Of a stretch of DNA of 64,000 nucleotides, positions 24,646-36,600 are shown piece after piece. The notes beneath the pieces are model-generated. The model was not told the DNA's origin and did not search any database. It saw nothing but the letters and a program-made list of their open reading frames with translations. This stretch comes from Marsupella aquatica (lineage: Eukaryota > Plantae > Marchantiophyta). Positions within the stretch are counted from its first letter, which is position 1. Each line of letters starts with the position of its first letter. The position numbers were made by a program, and so were the translations under genes. The DNA lies in NCBI GenBank assembly GCA_973895155.1, contig OZ316893.1:27972210-28036209 (forward strand), given 5' to 3'.

Positions 24646-24783
24646 TATTTATTGTTTGCTGTTATGGTGGTGATGCCATCTGGAGAATATTCTGAGAATT
24701 AGTTCAAGGACCCAAGTCCTTTTGGTGGAGAAAGTGGAGATCCTTTTAGTACCCTTCTAGCTTGCTTTTGACATGTAGGGGAC

Positions 24784-25401
24784 ATGGCAACCTATGCATC
24801 GGACCATGATGGGGGCAGGCATCGTCGACACAAATACCATCATCATCATCATCATAGGGGGACGTACAAATTGTTGGGTAGGCAAAGGGATGACTCGTCT
24901 GACAATGACAATGAGCATGGTGGTAGTTCTCACCGACACAGACACCATCATTGGCATAGGGGGAGTTCAGCTTCATCGGGCTATAGGAGCGATGACGAGC
25001 GGCGGAGGAAGAGGGATGACAAGGGAGGGAGGAGGAGGGATGACTCATCCTATGAGGACCATGGTGGGGGTACTTACACCCGACGTAGAGACGGCCATCA
25101 TCATAGGGGGAGGGACGACCTGTCAAATCGAGAGAGAGATTACTCACCAGACATGTATGATCGATCTAGGCGTCACTGATCCAGGCGTCATCGACTCAGA
25201 CATTGTTCCGAGGGCAGGATGGGCCGGAGCCCCCATCATGCAGATGGATTTGGAGAGGCCATGGCTGCTCTTCAGGGGATTGGGCCAGTTTGCAAGATGC
25301 CTTGCCCTTGCAGACAATGCAAGGGTGTTGTCTTACACGAGAGGACCACTGTCCTTAGCCATTTAGGGATCCATGGTTCTTACATCCCCCCGACCCGAGA
25401 G
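24784..25401 (+). pseudogene. CACTA first coding exon: His/Arg/Asp-rich region plus transposase-associated Zn domain
   Basis: ORFs 24784 and 25219 are in one frame separated by one TGA (RSRRH*SRRHR); CPCRQC...VLSHLGIHG motif; phase-0 donor GAG|GTAATA at 25402. Confidence 0.75.
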
Positions 25402-25504
25402 GTAATACAATTTTATTGGGTATTGCAATTATGATAACATCTCCTTCCTTGAATTATTTTTTATTGTCATATTCTGAACTTGTTTTGGTGAACATGTGGA
25501 ACAG

Positions 25505-26325
25505 ATTCCTGTTGTAGTGCGATCTTTGCCTGTGGACCGCTTGAGAGACATTACATGTCGTGTGCTTGCACCACTCGTCCATCCATCCGCATTGCCAGCC
25601 ACATTGAGGGCAATAGACCGTGTATTTCATAGGAGGAGGAGAGTGTTTAGGATGCACCCTATTGAGAGGGGAGTAGTGGTGACCACTAGACCCCGATTGA
25701 TTGACTCCCATCCACCTAGGATTGTTCCACCCCGATGCCCTTTTCTTGATGCATCGGTGTCCCGAGCACCAAGAGAGTTGCGAGGGAGAGCCTTGGACAT
25801 CTTAAAGGACTCCTTCCCAGCCCAGTTTGGACTCCCTATGGATCTCCCGCTTTGGGGAGCCTATTATAGTTTGGGACCGCCCATGGGTCATCCTCCCCTC
25901 CACATTGGGGACTCATGTAGGACTTGGAGTATTTGCTCTTGTGGATATAGTGGTCCCTACCGGTTGTGCACCCGATGATTTACTAACCTCAGTTTCCATT
26001 CTATGGGCCAAAGTATTTGGCGGCAAGATGGCGCATCTTGTCCCGACAATGTCCAACCTTTAGTCGATATGGCATGTCACTAAAGTTGGACCCTAGGTAT
26101 GCTCAGATTGATGGTTACCCACCTCGCACGGGGAACTTGGCAGGTTACATCAACAACACTATTAGTTCTTGGCGTTTAGGGTTTAGGCCAAACGCTGAGT
26201 GGCACGAGTACCATGACCAGAGTCACCCTCGTTTGCCTGTAGCATGCACGCATTACATCTTGACACATGCTACCCGCACCATTAGAGCAGGGGAAGAGAT
26301 TCTCGTAGATTATGATTGGCATTGA
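25505..26325 (+). pseudogene. SET-domain terminal exon inside the CACTA element (two frameshifts)
   Basis: PSTLGTHVGLGVFALVDI; FPFYGPKY; IDG...GNLAGYINN; PNAEW; ATRTIRAGEEILVDY followed by DWH and stop. Confidence 0.82.
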
Positions 26326-26458
26326 TGTTTACATGTGTACATGACATATTCATTATGGGGTGACCCTTGCATTTTTCATTATTGATGTTTCATTGTAAGC
26401 TTTATCACGAAAACCCTTTCTCTAATTGTGATTTGTCATTGCATATTGAGAACTCTAG

Positions 26459-29400
26459 GATGGTGTACATATTACTCCCACACCTCACCCATCAATGATG
26501 ACTACATCAGCCCGTGCCTTTCACGTACTTGCCACCTTAAATTTCTCAGATGAGGAGGATGCTGAGGGTCATCCCCTTGACCATGATGAGATGGACGATC
26601 AGGATGAGGAGTACCATGATGCATATGATGGAGAGTTGGATGATGATGTTGACGATGAGGGAGATGAGGGAGATGACCCTACCCTTGAAGAAGATGCCTT
26701 TGCCCACCTTGTTGATGTTCACTTTGGACCTCATGTACCTGACGCCGAGCACCCTATCATGGAAGTGGATCAAGAAGATTAGGATCACTTGGAAACTGAA
26801 GCCAGAACACCACTATTTGAGGGATCTCCATCCTCACGGTAAGGTTGTCCTTAAATTATCACAACTCTGGAATTTCATCCATTGAATATTGGGCAGTCTA
26901 AGTTGTAGTGCAAGGCATGCCATCTAGCTAGCTACCCGGACTAATTGAAAAAAGTCTGGTTTTTGTGGTTTTGCAAATACAGGTTGGGTGCAACTTTGTT
27001 GATGTTGAATTTGCAAGGAGTTTTCAATGGTTCGGATGTCCATACAGATGCACTCTTCCAATTGTTCCACACCAAACCCTTGCCCCAACCAAACACTCTC
27101 CCTGGATGTGTGAGGGAGGCTAAGAAGTTGTTAGCCTCAATTGGATTGGCTTTAGAGACTATCCACATGTGCCCAGGTGGGTGCATATTGTATAGAGGGG
27201 TGTACAAGGATCACAGTCACTACCCAGAGGAACAGTGTAGGCTTCCACGGTATTGACCAGACACCATTGGAGACAAGATTGCAGAAAAGGTAATGTTTTC
27301 CTCAACGCAATGTGAAAACAAGAAAGTCTGACTTTTAACGTTGCGTTCTTTCAAACAACGTCATATATGACTATGTAATTGATTACTTTACGTCGTCCAT
27401 CTAACTTAACGTCATTCAAAACGACATAGATATTTTTTAACGTCATAAGGGAAACCCGTAACTAACGTCTTAAGGTATATCGTATTTAAGAAACATCGTC
27501 TGTGACCATGTTTGTATTCTGGATATGTAGTTTGGAAGGACGTTTAGGGTTATTGTCGTTGAATTGACGACGTTACATTGATTTTGGCAGGTTTTTTGTT
27601 ATTTCCCAATCACTCCCCGACTTTAGCATCTCTACCAATGAAAGCACTTATCCACACTACAGACTTGGCATGTGGAGAACAAATCCCCACCAGGGATAAT
27701 GCGATACCACCAAGATAGTCCAGCGTGGAAGCACATTGATGCCACTTGGCCGGATTTTTCCCAGGAGCCTAGAAATGTTTGTTTGGGGTTGGCAATCGAT
27801 GGAGTGAACCCATATAAGCAACAATGGAAGCCTAAGTCCATCTGACCTATTCTTTTGATAAATCAGAACATCCCTCCATGGTTGGCAATGAAGAAGGGTC
27901 ATGTGCTTTTATTAGCTATAATTCCTGGACCCAAGGCTTGTAAGAATCCTGATGTCTATTTGGATCTAGCTTATGAAGAGCTACATAATCTATGGGAGGT
28001 TGGAGCATCAACAATAGATGTCACTCGTGAACCAGGCAATGGCAAGACCTTCAATATGAGGGTGATGATCACTCATTGCACCACAGATGGTCCAGGTAAT
28101 TCATTGGGCAACCCAATGGCTATTGTTTTCACAATGTCATGTGCAATGCATATGTTAGGGTTATTTGTGGTCTGAACATGGTTCAATGAAATGGCAGGTA
28201 TGGGGACAATATCTGGCCTGAAGGTGGCAGGTTTTTCAGCTTGCCCTTCATGTGGCCCAGAGTTGCATGGGAGGTACTCAAGACTACTAAAGAAAACCAC
28301 ATATGAGTGCAGTAGGGTCCGGTTGGCAATGGATGACCACTTGCGACAAAACACAACACATTGGGTAGAGATTGAATTGCGGCCATGTCCTAATGGCCCT
28401 TTAGCTCAAGGACAAATTCAAATGGTAGAGAAGATGGAAGCAAAGTTACTGAAACCCAAGGATTGTGGAGTAAACCGATGCTCAGCTATGTGGGACTTGC
28501 CTTATTGGAGGGTAAGTGATAGAAGTGCATGGTTCCTTTACAGCAAATTAGCCCAATAAAATGCTTAATTTAGAGATTGCAACTGATGAAATATGCTATT
28601 TCAATTTCCAGAGACTCATGGTTCGATGGTTGTTGGACCCCATGCACATTGAAGTGAATGTTGCTAAGAACTTGGTGAAGCACATTTATGGGACGAATGA
28701 CACTCGTGGAGTCCAAGAGGATGCTGAGAGGGTTGGAATAGTGAAGAGTTGTTAGATAACACGTACTGGGGAGAAACCTCCTGGTCCTTGGATTTTGCCA
28801 AGAGAGGTTTTGAAGGACATGAATGGGATGATAAGCGAGATGAAGTTCCCTAAGCCATTACCGAGCTGGTTTTCGTGGGTGCACTAGTACAAGGAATGAT
28901 CACATACCCCCAATAGGGTTGAAGTCTCATGATTATCACAAGTTGATTCAACATGTGCTACCAGCAGTCTTGCGTTGTTGTGATGACTCCCGGGAGCGAC
29001 GTTTACTCCGTCTAACTATATATGACATGTGCTCCATTTTCAGGTATGATCACATACCCTCTCTTCCATTGCTCTCTTGCAAGCCCCTGTTGCCGCTGCA
29101 AGACCCCTGTAATTCAACAAGTATTTCAAACTTATTTTTCTACAGCCTGATGTGGATCTGATATACAAAATCTTTGATGGTTTTGAGGAGGAACATAGGT
29201 GGGTATGCGCTAAGGAGATAAAGGAGTCTGAGATTCCTTTGATGAGGGAGAGGTAAGCTTGCGTGATGTGCAATATGGAGAAGGTGTTTCCCCCATGCAT
29301 ATTTGACATGCAATTGCATTTACTATGTCACTTGGTGGATGAGGTCGCGATTGCTGGTCCTATCCATGCACGTTGGATGTATTGGGTAGAGCCCTTCATG

Positions 29401-30435
29401 AAAGTGCTCAAGTCCATGGTGCGTCAACCAGCTCGACTAGAGGGAAGTATGGCAACGGGGTATATCATGTCGGAGTGCCTCTTTTATTCTGGAGGGATGA
29501 TAGGGAGTTTGGACACATAAGCTCCCACAGCTCGGGAAGAGGCACAAGATGATGACAATGGTGGGTTGCGTTTGATGGGTGCGTCAAGAAAGCGTTCACT
29601 ACATGACGACATACTTTGACTACAGATCCACAATTATGTGTTGGGAAATTGCCCAGAGATGTCTCAGTGGAGGGAGTTGCATAGGTACATATATGCAACT
29701 CTATATATATGTTAATCTAACAGTAAATGTTATTCTACATTCTATGTGTGTAGAATTTAGAGTGGGTTAAAGGAGCACTTCTTTGGATTGTGCAATATTC
29801 TAATGGATTCATACATTTTTTGCAGTGCATTCTTGGCGCAGCAACCGATAGTTCCACGACGGTATGCATTATTTTGCATATGGGCATTGGAGCGCATGGA
29901 TAGGCTCCTTGCAGAGCATGGACCCTTATCCATTCCCATTGATATACAGAACATCATTAGGGGACCAGGGTTGTGGGCAACGACCCATACACACATGTAT
30001 GAGTCAGGGCACCACTTTCGCACTTGGAGGACGGACCACATGAAGAAGAGTACATGTAACTCATGAGTGTTCATGTTGACAGACCCAGGTGATGTTGAGA
30101 TTCCCTATTGTGGCACTGTATTGGATATTTTAGACGTTCACTTTGGGTCATTTACTACTACTGTGTTAGAGGTGCGGTGGCACAAATCCATCATGTCACC
30201 TCCACATAGAGCCACCATGGTGAAAGATGAGTGTGGGTTCTATCGGGTAGACACGACTCGTGTAGCACCATCCGGGACTGAGTTTAGTGACACTATAGTA
30301 TTTCCTAGCCAGGTGGATCAGTGTATTATGGTTCCGATGCACACTATGAGAGGATGGTCCATCGTCATTCCCATCTTCCCACGACGGAGGAAGGGTTTGA
30401 TGGCATCAGTAATTGTAGACGATATGGATCCATGA
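26459..30435 (+). pseudogene. CACTA TnpD/Tnp2 transposase, multi-exon, many nonsense codons
   Basis: ARTPLFEGS; LPQPNTLP...EAKK...IHMCPGGCILY; YFPITPRL; DSPAWKHID...EPRNV...DGVNP; NIPPW...IIPGP; DPMHIEVNV; LKSHDYH; EKVFPP..FD...HL.CHLVDE...GP...RWMY; DECGF. Confidence 0.93.
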
Positions 30436-30972
30436 CCATAAATGTATTCAGTGCATGTATATATATTCGTTATGGCCACCTTCATGTGGGTTTGTAGCAT
30501 CTGCCATCGTTGTATGACTATTACGTCTTGAGGCGCAAGGTAGACCAACTTATCTTCAAACTATGTCGTACCAGACAACCTCCTTACAACGTTAATTCTA
30601 GTTTACGTCATTTAATTGAGGCCTAAATGACATTAATTTACCCACAACCCAGTTCCACACGACGTAAACTATCCACAAAAAATGACGTACATTCATTTAC
30701 GTCGTTTGAGGGTACGTATTAAAAAATGTCATTGTGTATTGCAACGTTAACCATATCCGCGCGACGTTAATGACAGTGGTGACATTAATTGGCACATGCA
30801 TTCAAAGTGAAAAACATGAGGGAGTCTTTATTCAGATTCAATATGATACAGAGATACAGAGATACAGAGATGCAAAGGTCCTAGAAAGCACATTGCATGT
30901 CCACCACAAAACAACTCTAACCTAGCCAAATCACTAAACTCCCTCATCCGCTGACTTCCAAATTGTTGCTAC

Positions 30973-31750
30973 TTAAGGAGTTCCTTCACCAGACCAGTAG
31001 TACTCCTCATCTGCCTTCCTTGTTTTGTATGAATCACGCCTCTGCCTCTGGTTCCATTTCTTCCGGACGACCTCTTCCCCAACCTTTAGCCTTTCAGCCT
31101 CAACCTCAACTGCACAACTTTCCTTGTAATCATACAAGACAATGTGAAGCTCAGTTGGAGACAACTCACATTTGGGCAATGTAGGTGGATATGCCTCCCC
31201 ATCATCTGGGTTGGATGAGTCATCCAACATCTCATCATCACCTGGGTGCAGCAAGAAGTCTCCTGGATCCAACTGTTTGTTGGCCAGAATTGAGCACTCT
31301 ACCCAGCGGATAGAAATGAAATGAATTGTCTCTGCAAAGTGCTCGATCAATCCATGGTAGTCACTGAAGTGCTCAACAACTTCTTTCCACGTATAGGCCA
31401 GCAAGTAGTCTGTTTCCGAGGTACACAACTTCTCAATAACGCCTCCCCGACAAAAGAACCCACGGACAATCTTATCCTCTTCACCAAGTGGAAGGAAGCA
31501 ACAATGCACATCCTTGAAGAACTTGCGCACCATGATTGAACACTGAGTCTATCCCACACTGCAATTTCTCTGTACTCAGAGAGAGTGCATTCTCCAAAAA
31601 CCACAAATGCAAGCCTACTTTGGTCTCAGTAGTCTTAAACCAAAATCCTCCCATAGAAAACCCGAGCTATACTCGAGTCAACATAGACTACTCCTCATTC
31701 AAGTCGTCCAGACCAATGTACTTGACGTCTAACATGGCTTGGTTCATCTG
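30973..31750 (-). pseudogene. Unknown antisense reading frame in the CACTA 3' region
   Basis: Overlapping ORFs 31347..31604 and 30973..31533, bracketed by two ACGT-rich clusters; no family recognised. Confidence 0.35.
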
Positions 31751-32451
31751 AAACGTCCTACAGAACAACGTCACGTTGTTTACGACTCCTTCTACAACAT
31801 AGATATTAACGATGTGACAGACTACACACATTACGTCCTCTCCTATGTTGTTAATAACAAACGACTTTCAAAATGACGTTCATGATAGCTCATCCAGCAA
31901 CGTTACGTTTAACAGTGTTTCAAATGATGTTAAGTGGGAGCAATTGGCGCTTAGATTTCTACAATGTCTTAGTTACGTCGGACATAGTTGTAAACGTAGT
32001 CATGGTAGTCGTTAATGATGTTAATGACGATTATCAGGAGGTATTGTTAGCATCCAAAGCAACAAAATCTAGTAGTGTACAAAAATACTATGACATGAAA
32101 TACTATGACACTAATATGTGAGTAGAGAAGTTTTGGAGCTAAAATGGTACTAGTCCCGAAACATAGTGACATAGTTACACTAAACTCCATTATTCATGTG
32201 AAAATACACACTAGAAAACAATTATGAATTGAAGTTAGATGAATGTGAATGCAATGATATATTTAGGCTCTCTTGATTTAAATAAATGTATTCCTTGTCT
32301 ATTCGGGATCTTAATGATTGTTTACCCTAAGGTAGAACTGGCAGAGCTGTAGAACTTGTTACCGGGTTTTTAGAGTTCTAGATATAGCATACTCATCTTG
32401 GAGCAAAAAAAGGTAATTTGTCCTATGCAAGAGATAAATGTACTAATTTTG

Positions 32452-33550
32452 GAAGTGGGTGGGGGCAATGTGAAAGCGGATGGGTATCCAGGGTATACCA
32501 TAGTAGAGGGCTATCCAAGGCACTAGGTGTCAGGGGCAAGGGCAAGGGCAAGGGCAATAGGCTGCGGCTCCTCTCATTTGCTTTGGATGATGCGGTTGCA
32601 ACTGCATGTTGGACTCAAGGTTTCTCATTGTTGGATGCTGACTCTTGCTACTGGACTCTCCCTCTCCGCTGCTGGACTCGATCTTGCTCTCAATGGCTTG
32701 GTGGCTTCTGGCTCAACTGGACTCAATGCTACTGGACTTGCTTGTTGCTTGATGCTCAATGTGTCACACCATTATGAGTGGTAGTATAGGATATCGGACT
32801 ATGTAGGTTTGAGGCTTTCATATGTGTGTTATCTAAGTGTTTTAGGGTTAGTGTATGTTGTGAGAGATATTTATCCTTTTGTCTTGGCTCAAAGGTCTCA
32901 TCTTTTGATGTGGAGCCTTTCGAGCACAAGCTCTAGCGGCTATGGTGTGGCTGTCTAGGTTGTGTGTACGTAACGTGGATTCCTTGAGGCGCAAGGGGCG
33001 TTTGGCTTGACATATTAAGTGTGTGATTGCGTCGGGCAAGATTGTGTGTTTGATTGGCATCAATTGTTGTTTGATTGCTCTTGAAGATTACATCAAAAGA
33101 TTGGCTTTGAACTCTGTTGTGCGTACTGTGCAGACGTAAGTTTGATTTCATTTTGGTTTTGTTGTTGATGATTCATGGTAGCTCGGATTGGGTGTTGTTA
33201 TTGAATGGATCGTTGGTATCTTGATCTGTTGCAAGTTGGTGCGACGCTTGCGTGGAAGTGAAGCTTCAAGTTGTTGTTGCTAAGTTGTAGTTTGGGAGTT
33301 GCGGTCTTCGGCAATATGCATTGTTGCATCGTGGATGACTGATTGTGTGATCAACATTCAAGCGGATGTTGCTATCGACAATTGTGTGCAAAACAAATGG
33401 TGGCGTTTGATCCTATTTTGTGAAGGGCAAGTAGTTGAATGTGCGACTCTTTGTGGGTTTGATTGAGGTGGTTTGATTGGGAGTGTGCTGACCCCAATAT
33501 TTTTGTTGTTTATAGTAAAGTGCGATTATTGTCCTAAAAATGGTTGGGTC
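32452..33550 (+). mobile_element. Probable PPT plus 3' LTR of an LTR retrotransposon (right limit uncertain)
   Basis: Purine-rich GAAGTGGGTGGGGGCAA followed by TGTGAAAG at 32469; non-coding low-complexity sequence follows. Confidence 0.45.
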
Positions 33551-33621
33551 AACCATAATGGGTACTTAAGGTACCGTCGCCAGTCTGAACTGAAGGAAAT
33601 TTGCATAACAATCATGTCAAG

Positions 33622-36600
33622 TGTTGTGCCTTCACTTAGTAATGAGTAGAGGACGATCGTAGATAGCCCCCAAAGTAAAACCGTATCTAGGGCCATCATT
33701 AATAGGGCATTTGACTACAACGCTCTCACACTCGCACAATGGAGGGACGGCCCGCCCTTCCAGACATTCAAGGACCAAAGGGAGAAATTGATTGAGCATA
33801 AGGCAGGGGGCGGGCTGGATTTTGCCTGACAAGGCATTTGCGCACTCATCGTCTCTCACTTCCAATGAAAGCATTTGCTAGATTGCAGTGCAACTATCCA
33901 CTCACTCCCCACTTACACTACTAGTTACATCAAGCAAAATGGAGGCAATAGGAATGCAAAGGGTGGTAGTTCCCTTGGCTAGGAACAAGAAGGGAGCTCC
34001 GTCTTTGGAAGAGAAGATCTGCAACTCCATTATGGAGGTACAACGCATTGAGGAGAGCCAAGAAATTCTTGACAGAGCCATAATTTATGGCATGGTTTGG
34101 ATGGACCGCTATCTATCAATCGCTCGAGCAGGAGAAATTTGCTTGCAGATTACTAAGGTGACAATGTCATCCAAGGGGATGTTCATTACATAGAAGGGGA
34201 AAACTTATACTTTCTCCAACCCAAAGCTATGTGAAATGTTCGGACTACCCGGGGTGGGAGGATTGCCACTCATGCACCAGGTAGACCCAATCACAGTAGG
34301 GGATGTGGCAACCTTCTTGCAATAGATGGAGGTCCGGATAGCCAGGGGAAATATGCAATATGGAGCCATTCAGCAGAAGGAGTATTGGAACTTCATAGAG
34401 TTTTGCACTCGGGGGTTTCACTTCCACCAAAATGGCACATCACGTGCAACAAAGTATAGGGTCATGTTATTGGTTCAAAGGGAAGAATTAAGAATTTTTT
34501 GAGAAGAACAATTATAGGGTTGTTTAAATCAAATTTTGCGACTTATAAGAACATTAGGGTCCTTATAACCAAATTTTTGGAATATTCCAACTTTATAGGG
34601 GTTGAAAAATAATTTTTTTCTTACATTTTAGGGGGTCCGAGGCCTAAAAACGTTGCAGGTGAAGGGGAGGCATCCATATAGTGAGACCCCTGAGGTTTTG
34701 CACCAATTAAGTGGGTGATGGTTAAGAGCGGATACCATCACACCACATTATCAAGAATTTCTATTGCAAGAGCTCTGTTTGTAGGATGTCTACACCCACT
34801 TCAATTATGGAAGGCAAGCGTATCCGCTATGATCGATTCAAAGGGGTGTTTGAAGTTCCCCTCACTCATAGCTTATCAGATGGGAGTAGTAGTGCACAAC
34901 ATATTTGGGGTCCAGGAGCCACCCAATAGAGCTCCATTGGATGAGTCAGATTCATAAGAGTCCAAACGAGAAGATGAAGTAGAGGCCTAGTGGACGGTAC
35001 AAGTGGGGACAACATTGGGATCTACCGCCAACGTCAATGTAGATGCTCCAGAGTACAACAAGGAGGACTTTGAGGATGACAAAGAGGAGAAGGAGGGGGA
35101 AGCACCCTTGAATTCAGATGGAGAGAGCGAAGGAGGAGCAGAAGCTCTACGAGCCCTCAACAAACGGGCCAAACAATGTCGTAAGAGTCTCAAGAGAAAG
35201 AGGACAATAAACCTCCCAGACAAAGATGAAAAAGGGGAAGATGAAGAAGAACAAAGGAGGGAAGCTACCCTCCAACAATCTCATGTTGTCCAAACTCCCG
35301 GACACTACCAACCTCCTAGAGTTGAAGACTTTTGCCCAATGCCTGGATTTTATAGGGAAGCCAGTCCCCAACACCAAGGATCTGCGCTATTGATTGAGGG
35401 ATTTAAAGGAACCAAGGCAATAGCAAGAATAATAGTCATGGAGTCTGAAGGCAAGACTCGCGACTTGGAGAAGCTAAGGGTAGCAGAGGAGATTGAAGGT
35501 TGAGCGGCTCCTCATGAAAGTACAGTCATAAGAAGTCTATGACTAGCAAGGAAGCATTGAAGCAGCTGATGGAGACAAAAGAGTTGCTAGATAGGGAGAG
35601 GAAGAAAAATGAAGAAACAACCGTAGCCCTTTAGCAGGCCCAGGAGGAGGTCCGGACGGAGAAGGTCAGGACACAAACACTAAGGGTCGAGTTAGGAAGA
35701 GCCCAACAGGAGAGAGAAGATACAAGAATGCTGGTAGACAAGCTAGAAGGAAGAATGGGGCTGACGCCTGATGACCGCCACAAAAGGAGAGGCGGATCTA
35801 CAAACTGAGATCCGGATGACTAAAGCAGCCATCCAACATATGGACCAGCGATTGTGACATGAACAAAACATCTGGCAGAAAATTAGTGAGGAATTGAAGG
35901 AAGTAACAGCCTAGCATGCGTTATGTGGTTCTATATCCCAGCAAAAGGCAGACAAGCTCCACTGACAGGGACATTGAGGAATTGGAGCGAAGAGTATGGG
36001 AAGGAGAACAATTGGCAATCTGGTTGTCCGACCAGTTGGCAGAGCAAGGGAAAGCTGCATAAGTGCTTGAATGTTGAAAAAGAGGCTCTAGCCAGATTGG
36101 GGGCTTTGGAGTGCGAGGAAAAGCTCCAAGAAGCTAAGAAGACCAACCACGAGTTATGGAAGCAATTGGAGGAGAAGCAAGCATACATTGCTACATTAGA
36201 AGAAGGTGAAGAAAGAAGGGAGAGGGAGAGGAAGAAATGGTTGCAAGATGTAGCTAGTAAGGAGCTCATTCAACAATGCAGTAAGGTGGTTTGGATTTTG
36301 AAGGACACCTACGAGGCCTAGGACTTGAAAGTGCAGAGCTTAAGAGATGAAGCTGCCACAACAGCTAAATTATTGAAGGAGGCACTAGCGGATCTGGTGC
36401 ACAAGAAGAAGCTGGAATAACTCAAGAATGTGAGCATGAACTCATGGAAGATATTCATGGGACAGAGGATAGCATCCCGGAATGCTATTGAGGTCGATGA
36501 AGCTATGGGCTTAGAAATCCTTTGTATTATTTTGGCTGTAGCAAGGATCAACAAGAGGGCCATTTGTCCAGAAGATTGTGAGAGAATATGGTATGACATC

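Larger units (their letters stand above)
12470..24772 (-). mobile_element. ~12.3-kb TIR DNA transposon with Sola2-type transposase and cargo genes
   Basis: Imperfect TIR: 12478 GTCAAATGCAAGCTAGAGGGGTACCAAAGGA vs reverse complement of 24741-24772 GTCAAAAGCAAGCTAGAAGGGTACTAAAAGGA. The left end begins GGG; the outermost right bases appear missing; no TSD found. Confidence 0.75.
11850..32077 (+). mobile_element. CACTA (En/Spm) element, interrupted by the Sola2-like element; 5' end not found
   Basis: TnpD coding region; 3' terminus ...ATCTAGTAGTG at 32077 (reverse complement CACTACTAG); the same ACGT-rich clusters occur at 12180-12460, 27300-27580, 30520-30790 and 31720-32040. The left boundary is inferred. 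Confidence 0.7.

Noticed and set aside
24784-25179. Stand-alone His-rich metal-binding gene
   Set aside because: In frame with the CACTA Zn-domain exon across one probable CGA>TGA stop.
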